A stretch of DNA of 32,000 bases from Pirellula staleyi DSM 6068 (GTDB lineage Bacteria; Planctomycetota; Planctomycetia; Pirellulales; Pirellulaceae): the NCBI GenBank assembly GCA_000025185.1, contig CP001848.1:5100001-5132000 (forward strand), read 5' to 3'. Positions 8,831 through 17,424 of this stretch are shown here, in pieces (within the stretch, counting starts at the first letter, position 1; each line of letters starts with the position of its first letter). Below the pieces are notes generated by a model. The model was not told the DNA's origin. It saw only the letters and a list, made by a program, of their open reading frames with translations, and did no database searches. Made by a program: the position numbers and the translations under genes.

Positions 8831-9613
8831 ATGCTTGCCCGCAAGCCGATTTTCCCTGGTGTCATCGAAACCAATTTCCAAGCCGGAGAGATCCTCGGCT
8901 GCAATATCTATCTGGTTTACGACCAGTCGGAATGGATTCTGATCGACATCGGATTCGAAGATACCGTCGACGAGATCATCGAATTGATCCGCCAGATGGA
9001 CTTTCCGCTCGGCAAATGCAAGATGCTGATCGCCACGCATGCCGACGTCGATCACATTCAGGGTCTAGCGAAAGCGAAACAGGTTCTGAAATGCCCCGTG
9101 TTTGCCCATCCACTGGCAGTGGAACCTCTCGAATCGGGCGATCGCTTGCGAACGCTCGCCGAGATTAAGCCGCAGAAGATCGACCTAGCAATGCCGCCGG
9201 TGAAGATCGATGGCAAGCTGGAAGATGGGGATGTGATTTCGGTGGGGAATCTGAAGCTGGAAGTGTGGCGCACCCCTGGTCACACCGATAGCCAACTCGC
9301 GTTCCGGATGGGAGATATCCTGTTCAGCGGCGACAACATCTATCGCGACGGCTGTGTCGGTGCGATCGATGCCCATCACGGTAGCGATATCCCGAGCTTC
9401 ATCAAATCGCTGAAGCGGATTCGCGAGTCGGATGTCACTTGGCTGTTGCCAAGTCACGGCCCGTTCTTTCGGAAGGATAACGCGCTGCTCGACCAAACGA
9501 TCGCGCGCCTCGAAAGCTACCTGCATATGGCCGACTGGGGAACCTGCGCGGTCGACTGGCCGCTGATGGTGCAGTTCGAAAAAGAACTCGCCGAAGGTAA
9601 GCTCCCCGAGTAG
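8831..9613 (+). CDS. MBL-fold metallo-hydrolase
   Basis: The [22 protein letters not shown] and LPSHG motif series is in the order expected for the metallo-beta-lactamase fold. GAGGTGAGG lies upstream of the ATG. Confidence 0.8.
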   Translation: MLARKPIFPGVIETNFQAGEILGCNIYLVYDQSEWILIDIGFEDTVDEIIELIRQMDFPLGKCKMLIATHADVDHIQGLAKAKQVLKCPVFAHPLAVEPLESGDRLRTLAEIKPQKIDLAMPPVKIDGKLEDGDVISVGNLKLEVWRTPGHTDSQLAFRMGDILFSGDNIYRDGCVGAIDAHHGSDIPSFIKSLKRIRESDVTWLLPSHGPFFRKDNALLDQTIARLESYLHMADWGTCAVDWPLMVQFEKELAEGKLPE

Positions 9614-9661
9614 CCCGCAGCGATGGACAGTTCGAGTGGGCGGCTGCTCACTCACTCCGCT

Positions 9662-11839
9662 TTACGGCGCAAAGAGCGGGCTGTTATCGCGCATCTTGAG
9701 CGACTGGACATCGACGCGACCTTGCGGAAAAACGATCTTCAGCGGGTCTTGTCCGCCAGTGAACGGCTTGCCCGGCGTCATGCCACTCAGCGGCAGATGA
9801 GCCAGCAAGCGCGACTGTCCGTTGACCAGGACTTCCAGCACCACGCTATCCATCTCGGGATGAATCAGCAGTTCCATGTAGATCGGCTCGCTCGCCACTA
9901 ATTGCGGCAGCAGACCTTGATCGGCGACCGGCTGACACTCCGCAAGCTCGCCGCTGTAGAGCAACTCGTCGTCCCCCCCTTGTCGCAAAATCACTTCGAG
10001 CGGCTCACCTTCGAGCGTCCAGTTCCAGTGGACTTCGTATGGCTCGACGCGTGAAATAAAGTCGCAGCGAGCATCGACCACCGATCCCTTGGGGCTCGGG
10101 AGCGTCATGAAAACAGCGTCGGCTGTGGTGGCAGAAACACCGGCCTCGGTTGGCTTCCACATCGAGCGCGGAGCATTCTCGAGCCGCGTTTGATCGTCGT
10201 CGCTACGCGGCAGAAAGTTGGTCCAGCATTCGGTCGACAACTTGTGTCCATGGAGGACGCGGCTATCGAGTTCATTTCGTGCCAGCTGACGCGCATCAAG
10301 ATTTCGGCTGTAGATTGCCGCAATCGAAATCACGCCTCGCCAAGTTCGCATGCCGGTCAAATCGCTGCCGAAGATAAGCGTACCATCGCCCCAGTTCTTC
10401 AGATCGCCAGTGATCTCTTTCGTCGAGCCAGCGAAAGATCCGTTGCGATACCACACCAAATTGCCACTTTCATAAGTAATCGCCAGATGCGTTGGGACAT
10501 CGGCTTCGATGGCCCCCAAATTCACCGCCTGCTCGGCGGCAACGCCAGTGGTGCGGAGGTACAGCATCAGCTCGGCACCTTGCTGCTCGAGCGAAAAGTT
10601 TTTGCCACCACCCGGCTCGAGCATCGCCATGATGATCCCGGGTGTGACGAGTCGCGATTGATCGGCGGCGAGTGAAATTTCGAGGGAAAACTTTCCTGCG
10701 CCGCGGAGTACCGAAGCAATATCGCGCCCAGCATCGGCCGACTGAAATGAACCGCCGGCGAGGAGCAAACTGCTGGAATTGGTGACCGAAGCGGCCAGTT
10801 TGGATTCGAGCGGGTTCTCCCAGAAGTTGTTGTTTTCGGGATTCCGGACAATCGTTTCGCGATCGGCACCTTCGAAGAGGAACGCCACATCGGTACGATC
10901 CTCGGGCCACTGGAGATCGCGCATCGTGAGGCTGTTTTCGCTAGCGACACCAAACTTTCGCGCTTCGACGGCATACGATTTCCCGGCGCTCTTGTGCGTG
11001 AACTGCACCACACCTTCGGTGACGTCGAGGCGTGTGGCATCCCCTTCCACCACCAAGCGAAGCTGCGTGCCGAGCACGGTGGCGAGCGCGTGCGGCGTGG
11101 TGAAGATCATCGGCGCACCTTGGCGCTGCGCGGCGACATCGGCAAACAGATCACCGCGCTCGATCACCACACGTTTGGCCTGCGTTTTCGGGTCGGCATC
11201 GATTTGAATTTGCGAACCACCAGCGACGTTCACATAGGTCCACGTGTTTCGCTGCAAATTGTTGCCATACTTCAGCCGCAGCGAGCTGTTGTCTGCTACG
11301 GCGATCGTGTCGCCCGTGGAAATCACCAGGCCTGGTGTCACGGCAAGCGACTCGGCGCCACGCGTCACTTTGACATCGCCGACAGCAGCTTCAACCACCG
11401 CAACTTGACGTGAATTGGCTGGCAAATACTGCACCACCCCCACCGTGATCCCCAGCAACAAGATGGCGGCGAGCACGGCAAAGGTTTTGATCCAAACCGA
11501 CTGTGGCGGTGGAGCAGGGGGACGCTCGAGTTCGGCTTCCGCAAGCGCCCGCAGATCGGCTACTTGGTCGTAGATCTCTTGCTCGCCTCGTTCGAAGTCG
11601 CCGATCCGCTGATTCACTTGAGCCAGGAATTTTTTGCGATCGATCCCGAGCTTTTGCCCCAGGAGATCTCCCACCATCAGTTGCTCGCGCAGCTCGACAG
11701 CCCGCGCTGGCTCTTCGCGCAGCAGCGCAATCAGTCGATCGAGTTCGGCGTCAGCAAGACCGGCGGGGTTCTCGATGAACCGATCGCGCAGCAGGGCGAA
11801 CTCGGGTTGGTGAGGCGATGAAGTGGGGCTCGTGCCCAT
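9662..11839 (-). CDS. membrane anti-sigma factor: cytoplasmic N-domain, 1 TM, FecR-like domain, LamG/concanavalin-like domain, unassigned C-terminal domain
   Basis: It lies 33 bp downstream of the ECF sigma gene on the same strand. TM helix WIKTFAVLAAILLLGITVGVVQYL (residues ~116-139). FecR-like VGDVKVTRGAESLAVTPGLVISTGDTIAV. LamG-like HLAITYESGNLVWYRNGSFAGS...WRGVISIAAIYSRNLDARQ. Confidence 0.75.
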   Translation of the reverse strand: MGTSPTSSPHQPEFALLRDRFIENPAGLADAELDRLIALLREEPARAVELREQLMVGDLLGQKLGIDRKKFLAQVNQRIGDFERGEQEIYDQVADLRALAEAELERPPAPPPQSVWIKTFAVLAAILLLGITVGVVQYLPANSRQVAVVEAAVGDVKVTRGAESLAVTPGLVISTGDTIAVADNSSLRLKYGNNLQRNTWTYVNVAGGSQIQIDADPKTQAKRVVIERGDLFADVAAQRQGAPMIFTTPHALATVLGTQLRLVVEGDATRLDVTEGVVQFTHKSAGKSYAVEARKFGVASENSLTMRDLQWPEDRTDVAFLFEGADRETIVRNPENNNFWENPLESKLAASVTNSSSLLLAGGSFQSADAGRDIASVLRGAGKFSLEISLAADQSRLVTPGIIMAMLEPGGGKNFSLEQQGAELMLYLRTTGVAAEQAVNLGAIEADVPTHLAITYESGNLVWYRNGSFAGSTKEITGDLKNWGDGTLIFGSDLTGMRTWRGVISIAAIYSRNLDARQLARNELDSRVLHGHKLSTECWTNFLPRSDDDQTRLENAPRSMWKPTEAGVSATTADAVFMTLPSPKGSVVDARCDFISRVEPYEVHWNWTLEGEPLEVILRQGGDDELLYSGELAECQPVADQGLLPQLVASEPIYMELLIHPEMDSVVLEVLVNGQSRLLAHLPLSGMTPGKPFTGGQDPLKIVFPQGRVDVQSLKMRDNSPLFAP

Positions 11840-11872
11840 GGCTGGGGTTACTTTTTAGCTAAATTCAATCGA

Positions 11873-12406
11873 TCACGACTTCTGACTGGCGAGGCTCCGC
11901 GAAATGCAGTCTTTCAGGGTCGCACGGACACGGAACAAGGCGACGCGCACTGCTTCAGCGGTGCTGCTCAAACGCTCGGCCATCGCACTGCTCGAGAGCT
12001 CTTGCTCGTACTTGAGCGCCAGCAGCCGTCGGCTGTCGGCTGTCAGCTTGTCGTAGCACTTGTCGAGCGCACCGCGCATCGGCAGTTCCGCGAACCCAGG
12101 ACTTCCATCCTGCTCGGCTCGCAAAAAGAGCTCGACCAAAGCCTCCCGCTGCAAACGACTCTTGCGACTCGTTTTGCGGAAATAGTTGAGCGACAGATTA
12201 CGGGCAATCCCTTTGAGCCACTGTTTCATTTCGACTTCGGCTGGAACCCGGTCGAAAAAGCGATAGAGCTCGACGTACACATCTTGGGCGATGTCGTCGA
12301 CGTCGTGCCGTGGCACACCCATTCCCGCGATATAGGCCCTGATATGCGACTGCGTATCGCGAACGATCGCATCGAAATCGAGGCTCGAAACCTGCTCGCC
12401 CGCCAT
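11873..12406 (-). CDS. ECF-type RNA polymerase sigma-70 family factor
   Basis: Region 2-like DDIAQDVYVELYRFF. Region 4 HTH-like LSSSAMAERLSSTAEAVRVALFRVRATL. I chose the ATG at 12406 (MAGEQV...) with GGAG 8 nt upstream. The track ORF extends to 12448. Confidence 0.8.
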   Translation of the reverse strand: MAGEQVSSLDFDAIVRDTQSHIRAYIAGMGVPRHDVDDIAQDVYVELYRFFDRVPAEVEMKQWLKGIARNLSLNYFRKTSRKSRLQREALVELFLRAEQDGSPGFAELPMRGALDKCYDKLTADSRRLLALKYEQELSSSAMAERLSSTAEAVRVALFRVRATLKDCISRSLASQKS

Positions 12407-12608
12407 GAAACGTCTCCGCCTTACGTCCCTTGCATCGGCCCCTAGCACCTGGAACGTGCCGAGCCAATTGCATGCAACACCAGCCTATGGCCACGTTGCC
12501 CCGTGGTTGTTACGACAAGTGTAAGGTGCGGGGCGGCGCAGCGTCTCAAGGCGGGTTCCCGCGACCTACTGTGCATGCCGCAAGTCGTTATCCAGCCAAC
12601 GCTTAACG

Positions 12609-12640
12609 AAAAAGCCCGAACTGATTTTCTCAGTCCGGGC
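12609..12640 (-). terminator. rho-independent terminator of the peroxiredoxin gene
   Basis: On the minus strand: GCCCGGACTG-AGAAAAT-CAGTTCGGGC (10 bp, one G.U) followed by TTTTTCG. It lies about 70 nt downstream of the stop at 12710-12712. Confidence 0.6.
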
Positions 12641-12709
12641 TTCGTAAAAAATCTTTGATTTTTTTAGCGACGTTCGGGTCCGCCCCAGCAGTCTGGGGCG
12701 CGACGAGCA

Positions 12710-13309
12710 CTAGCTCTTGGCAGCGTATTCAGCCGAGAAGAACTTCTTGCTGTCCGAAACGGTTGGCTTGATCGAGCGCGAGCCTTCTTTCCAGTTGGCG
12801 GGGCAAACTTCGCCATTGGTTTCGAAGTACTGCAGCGCCTTCACCATCCGGAGGGCTTCATCCACGCTACGTCCGAGTGGCAGATCGTTCACCACTTCGT
12901 GACGAACCACGCCGGTCTTGTCGATCAGGAACAAACCACGCAGGGCCACGCCACCTGGCAGCAGAATGCCGTAGTTGCGGGCGATATCTTTGTTGAGGTC
13001 GGCGACGAGCGGATAAGAAATCTCGCCCAGGCCACCTTCGGTGCGAGGCGTGTTACGCCAGGCCAAGTGGGTGTAGTGGCTGTCGACCGAGACCCCGAGG
13101 ATCTGGGTGTCGAGGGCCGAGAATTCATCGCCACGATCCGAAAACGCAATGATTTCGGTGGGGCAAACGAACGTGAAGTCGAGTGGGTAAAAGAACAGCA
13201 GGACGTACTTTCCCTTGTAATCGGCCAAGCTAACTTGCTTGAACGACTTGTCGGGCATCACGGCTTGGGCTTTGAACTCGGGAGCGGGCTGAGTGACCAA
13301 AACGGCCAT
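12710..13309 (-). CDS. typical 2-Cys peroxiredoxin (AhpC/Prx1 subfamily)
   Basis: Peroxidatic FTFVCPTE and resolving EVCPANW motifs. The rest ([22 protein letters not shown]) is textbook. ATG at 13309 with GGAGA 5 nt upstream. The track ORF extends to 13405. Confidence 0.9.
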   Translation of the reverse strand: MAVLVTQPAPEFKAQAVMPDKSFKQVSLADYKGKYVLLFFYPLDFTFVCPTEIIAFSDRGDEFSALDTQILGVSVDSHYTHLAWRNTPRTEGGLGEISYPLVADLNKDIARNYGILLPGGVALRGLFLIDKTGVVRHEVVNDLPLGRSVDEALRMVKALQYFETNGEVCPANWKEGSRSIKPTVSDSKKFFSAEYAAKS

Positions 13310-13496
13310 AGGAATCTCCAAACACACATAAACGGGAAGGCAATAAACTTTGTTCCTGCAGTACCGTAACAGTATCGCGCGGGGGCAAGGTCGACCAGTC
13401 GGCAACCCGCAAGTTGCCTCGTTTTTACCGCGAATTTACGGGGTAAACCCAAACGGCCTCTCGCTCTAGACAGTTCTCGCCGCCAGGTACAGCAAG

Positions 13497-14909
13497 CTAC
13501 ATATTGGTGACGTCGTCGGTCGACGATCCCCCCAGCAGCGAGTCGACGGCGGCGGTGATCAGCACCGAATGCTCAGTCGAAGGGGCATAGATCCGGCACA
13601 AACGGTGGCTGTGCGGCAGTCGTTTGTACAACACGTTCGCCGAAAGTGGTTTCAGCTGATCAGCAGCCGAGTCGTACAGAAAATTCTGCCCCGCCGCTGG
13701 CCCCAATGTGTGGGGGCGCATGATCGCCCGAGCAATATCGACCCGCAGTGGAACTTCGCGAAGGTCGGCTGGCAACATTTCGCGAATCTTCGACTCCACC
13801 ATCTTCGGATCGGTGAAAATGCTCGACTGCTCCGATTCCCCCGCGCTGAACACCAAATTCCTCTGACAAACCGTCACCCACGGGATGTTGCGGGCCTGCA
13901 AATCGCGCCACCGCAGCCCGAGTGAACGAATTCGGGGATCGTTGCTCTTGGCCCACCGCGCTGTGTCGACCAGCAAGCTCGACTCGGTGAACTGCTGATA
14001 ATCGTCTAGATGCTCGAGCGGGTTGCCCGGAAACAGCAGATCCTTACTTTCGCGAAACAGATCGGCGAGAGCCTGATCGATCGCCCGCACTGTGCGATGG
14101 AAATAGATGACTCGAAACAACTCGGCCTTCACACTCAGGAATCGGACCAGCGCTTCGATCCCGCGATCGTGAATCGTCAGACCTTGCGGGCTAAAGAAGG
14201 TGTAGTGCAGCAGCCGGTCGAGGTCGAATGCGCGCGGACTATAGCCCGACATAAACGCGTCGCGGAGGACGAAGTCCATGTTGTCGATCGTATAGATGCC
14301 GCTCAGCAAAGCCCGTAAAAACCGCAGCCATGTCGGCTTTTCCGCCCCGTCATCTCCTTTGGGACGAACGATCAGCCAGGCGATATGGTCGGGGTCGAGC
14401 GATTCGTTCTCCGCTAGCTGACTGCTCGGGTTTTTGCGTAATCCTCGCAGCATCGGCCCCAAATGCTCGCGGATAATCACGCTCCCGAGTGTTTCGTGGG
14501 TGAGACCAAACCCCTTCAGAAAATGCTCGTCGAAAAAGTGACCAAACGGACCGTGCCCCACATCATGGAGGAGCCCGGCCATGCGAACGAGCGATTCGAT
14601 ATAGCCACGGCTCGGCACATCGGGACAAACCGACGCCAGGCTTTCGTAGGTGTGCGCCGCCACGCGGCTCCCCAGATGCATTGCCCCGAGCACATGCTGA
14701 AAACGGGTATGCTCGGCCGTGGGATAGACCCACCAGGCGGTTTGCAGCTGATGAATCTGTCGCAGCCGCTGCAGCCAGGGATGATCGATCACCTGACGTT
14801 CCGAGACTTCGCCGTCGGCCAGCAAGGCGCTCGACGTGAAGGGGATATAGCCATGAACCGGATCGTGGCTCAGGTTTTCGCTTTTGAAGTCGTGCTTATA
14901 GTCGTGCAT
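13497..14909 (-). CDS. HD-domain phosphohydrolase (COG1078 / dGTPase-SAMHD1-like)
   Basis: TRFQHVLGAMHLG and LLHDVGHGPFGHFFDE motifs. The start is uncertain. Candidates are 14909 (MHDYKHDF..DPVHGYIPF), 14990 and 15032, and none has a clear SD. Confidence 0.75.
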   Translation of the reverse strand: MHDYKHDFKSENLSHDPVHGYIPFTSSALLADGEVSERQVIDHPWLQRLRQIHQLQTAWWVYPTAEHTRFQHVLGAMHLGSRVAAHTYESLASVCPDVPSRGYIESLVRMAGLLHDVGHGPFGHFFDEHFLKGFGLTHETLGSVIIREHLGPMLRGLRKNPSSQLAENESLDPDHIAWLIVRPKGDDGAEKPTWLRFLRALLSGIYTIDNMDFVLRDAFMSGYSPRAFDLDRLLHYTFFSPQGLTIHDRGIEALVRFLSVKAELFRVIYFHRTVRAIDQALADLFRESKDLLFPGNPLEHLDDYQQFTESSLLVDTARWAKSNDPRIRSLGLRWRDLQARNIPWVTVCQRNLVFSAGESEQSSIFTDPKMVESKIREMLPADLREVPLRVDIARAIMRPHTLGPAAGQNFLYDSAADQLKPLSANVLYKRLPHSHRLCRIYAPSTEHSVLITAAVDSLLGGSSTDDVTNM

Positions 14910-15391
14910 CAGAGCTCGTCGAGCGCCCGGAGCGATCGTCGAACGTTCGCCGCCGTGCTGCGTCACCAGATTCCAAGAGAGAGATTCCATCGCCCATTGG
15001 CGAAACCATTTTCTACCATCTTCTGCCAGCACGCGGGCAGGCGGTCGAGCCTCCCCTCAGCCCAACCGGCGACGCTCGACAGCAGTACTGCTATCAAGTC
15101 GCGCGTTGCCAGCAGGCATGGCGAAAGTGACATCTGACCAAGTGTCCAGCGGGGGGTATAGCCGTCAAGGTTTGCGCAACCTTACGAGTCGCGCTAATGT
15201 TTGGTACGGTAAGCGTTAAGGCCATCACGAGACAGCCCGCAAAACAGGTAAGTTCAGGAAGCGACGTGGTTTTCTACTCGCTTTCTTGCCGATACTTTTT
15301 CAGCCTGTCCCCCGTCCTCTCGATGGCAGATTGCCTCTCGACTTTTCCCTCTGACTCACGAGTGAGGGACGTAGCGCGAAGGAGTGTCCAC

Positions 15392-17314
15392 GTGGCGCAT
15401 AGCCTCTTGTCGATCCGCTGGTTCTCATGCTTGTGCCTCGTACTCGTAACGTCTGCTGCCGTTGCCGCTCCACCGAGCGAATCGCTGCTTCCGTCGACGA
15501 CTAAAGGCTATATTTCCACCCAAAGTGTTGCTGAAGTTCGCGAGAAGTTCAGCAACACGCAACTCGGCGAGCTCGTCGACGATCCGGTGATGAAGCCGTT
15601 CATCGATGACCTCCGGGTCCAAATCTCCACCAAAATGGAGCGCGCAGGCAAAAAGCTCGGCGTGAAATGGGACGACCTCGAAGGGGTCTACAGTGGCGAA
15701 GTCGCCCTGGCTCTCATCCAGCCCGATGCGGCCGACACCAAGTCGCATGCCATCGCCATGATTGCCGATGTCACTGGCAAAAAGACCGAAGTCGACGAAC
15801 TGCTCAAAAAGATCGCCACTAATCAGGCTGCAGCCAAAGCCACCCGCAGCGTCAAAAAGATCGCCACCGGCGAGATCATCGTCTACACGCAGCCCCTCGA
15901 AGCAGGTGCCAAGGTAGCCGAGCAATCGTTCTTCTACGTCACCGCCGACATGCTGATCCTCACCGATCACCTCGCCGTGATGGAAGGGATCATCGGTCGA
16001 CTCGGCGGCTCTGCCAAAGATGCCCTCGATAGCGTCGTGGCCTTCCAGAAAACGATGGCCCGCAACCAAGTCCTCGCTGGCGAGATGAAACAGCAGATCC
16101 GCTGGTTCGTCGAACCGTTCGGCTATGCCTACGCCAGCCGCGCTGCTAGTGGCGGCAAGCGTAAGCGTGGTGCCGACATGCTCAAGATCCTGCAGTCGCA
16201 AGGCTTCGGCGCCGTGCAAGGGATCGGCGGTTTTGTGTTCCTCGAAACGGGTGCTGAGGAAATCCTGCACCGCACCCACATCTATGCTCCTCCCGTCGTG
16301 CGTAAGGCCGGCGATAAGAACAAAGATAAATACGACCTGGCGATGCGGATGCTCAACTTCCCCAACAGCGTGGAGACCAAGCCACAACCTTGGGCCTCGA
16401 GCGATCTGGCCAGCTACCTGACGTTCCACATGAAGATGACCGAAGCGTTCGACTACTCGAGCACCCTGGTCGATGCCATCGCGGGGGACGTCGGTGTGTT
16501 CGAAGATATGTGGAAGAGCATGAAGGTCGACCCGAATGGTCCGATGATCGACATCAAGGCCGATCTCGTGAACCTGCTCGGCACACGTGTCACCATGATG
16601 TCCGACGTACGGATTCCGATCGCCATCGATAGCGAACGAATTCTTTTTGCCATCGAGATCACCAAGCCTGCGACGATCGAAAAGACGATCCAGAAAGCGT
16701 TCGAAACCGATCCCAACGCTCATCGCCGAGTCATGAAAGATGCCAAAGGCCAAGAGCACATCATTTGGGAAATCAAAAACGAAGAAGAAACGGCTCTCGA
16801 AGCTGAACTGATGATCGAAGGTGCCGAATTCGTCGCCGTCGAAGAAGAGGAAGAAGCTGAAGAGCCGATGCTCCCGAACATGGCCGTCGCTGTGTTCAAC
16901 AACCACCTGATGATTGCTACGCACCTCGATTTCCTCGAGGAAACGATCAACAACACGGTGACCCCACCAGCGACCCTCGATAAGGACAAAGATTTCGTCC
17001 GCATCGACGAAGCCCTTACGCGTCTCGGATCGAAGGAAGATAGCTTCCGCTTCTACGCCCAAACGAGCGAAACCTACCGCCCCACCTACGAACTCCTTCG
17101 CCAAGGCAAATTGCCGGAAGCAGAAACGATGTTCGCTCGGATGCTCAACGGGCTACTCGGCTCGGATGAAGAGGGTGAAGTTCGCAAACAAGAGATCGAC
17201 GGTGCCAAGCTTCCAGGCTTCGACGCCATCGAGAAATATCTCGGCCCCGCTGGACTCTACGTCCAGTCGGAAGAAGATGGGTGGGTTGTAATCGGCTGCT
17301 TGCTGAAGAAGTAA
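15392..17314 (+). CDS. secreted hypothetical protein (about 640 aa) with an internal acidic stretch
   Basis: I chose the GTG at 15392 because AAGGAG (15379-15384) lies 7 nt upstream. It yields a clean signal peptide (M)AHSLLSIRWFSCLCLVLVTSAAVAAP. A strong terminator follows at 17351. No family recognised. Confidence 0.6.
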   Translation: MAHSLLSIRWFSCLCLVLVTSAAVAAPPSESLLPSTTKGYISTQSVAEVREKFSNTQLGELVDDPVMKPFIDDLRVQISTKMERAGKKLGVKWDDLEGVYSGEVALALIQPDAADTKSHAIAMIADVTGKKTEVDELLKKIATNQAAAKATRSVKKIATGEIIVYTQPLEAGAKVAEQSFFYVTADMLILTDHLAVMEGIIGRLGGSAKDALDSVVAFQKTMARNQVLAGEMKQQIRWFVEPFGYAYASRAASGGKRKRGADMLKILQSQGFGAVQGIGGFVFLETGAEEILHRTHIYAPPVVRKAGDKNKDKYDLAMRMLNFPNSVETKPQPWASSDLASYLTFHMKMTEAFDYSSTLVDAIAGDVGVFEDMWKSMKVDPNGPMIDIKADLVNLLGTRVTMMSDVRIPIAIDSERILFAIEITKPATIEKTIQKAFETDPNAHRRVMKDAKGQEHIIWEIKNEEETALEAELMIEGAEFVAVEEEEEAEEPMLPNMAVAVFNNHLMIATHLDFLEETINNTVTPPATLDKDKDFVRIDEALTRLGSKEDSFRFYAQTSETYRPTYELLRQGKLPEAETMFARMLNGLLGSDEEGEVRKQEIDGAKLPGFDAIEKYLGPAGLYVQSEEDGWVVIGCLLKK

Positions 17315-17350
17315 TCGAGACCAAGCGGCTACTCCGCACGACCAATAGAG

Positions 17351-17393
17351 CAGGGGATGCGACGGCAACATCGCATCCCCTGTTTTCGTTTCT
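17351..17393 (+). terminator. rho-independent terminator
   Basis: Perfect 12 bp stem CAGGGGATGCGA / TCGCATCCCCTG with 8 nt loop CGGCAACA, followed by TTTTCGTTTCTT. It lies 37 nt after the stop at 17314, between convergent genes. Confidence 0.75.
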
Positions 17394-17424
17394 TGATCAC
17401 TATCCGCCGCTTAACGAATCGCTG

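Noticed and set aside
13401-13427. GGCAAC-CCGCAA-GTTGCC hairpin followed by TCGTTTTTA on the plus strand, i.e. terminator-like.
   Set aside because: No plus-strand gene or ORF lies upstream of it. It sits between two minus-strand genes (HD stop, prx start), and on that strand it has no U-run. The 6-bp stem is too weak to call.
13497-14909. The HD-domain dNTPase-like protein considered as a possible anti-phage dNTP-depletion defence gene.
   Set aside because: The neighbours are housekeeping genes (peroxiredoxin, secreted hypothetical). There are no other defence or mobile genes nearby. COG1078-type HD proteins are widespread core genes.
15425-17104. 559-aa ORF on the minus strand. Similar long ORFs are 3161..4306(+), 5164..5979(-), 7450..8259(+), 17767..18759(+), 23214..24350(+), 24901..25710(+), 25571..26530(+), 26621..27829(+), 28248..29447(+) and 31463..31957(-).
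   Set aside because: Each lies antisense to a gene with clear family motifs, signal peptides, SD sites or terminators. Their translations are rich in Arg, Gly, Asp, His and Val and carry no motifs, as expected for shadow ORFs in high-GC DNA.
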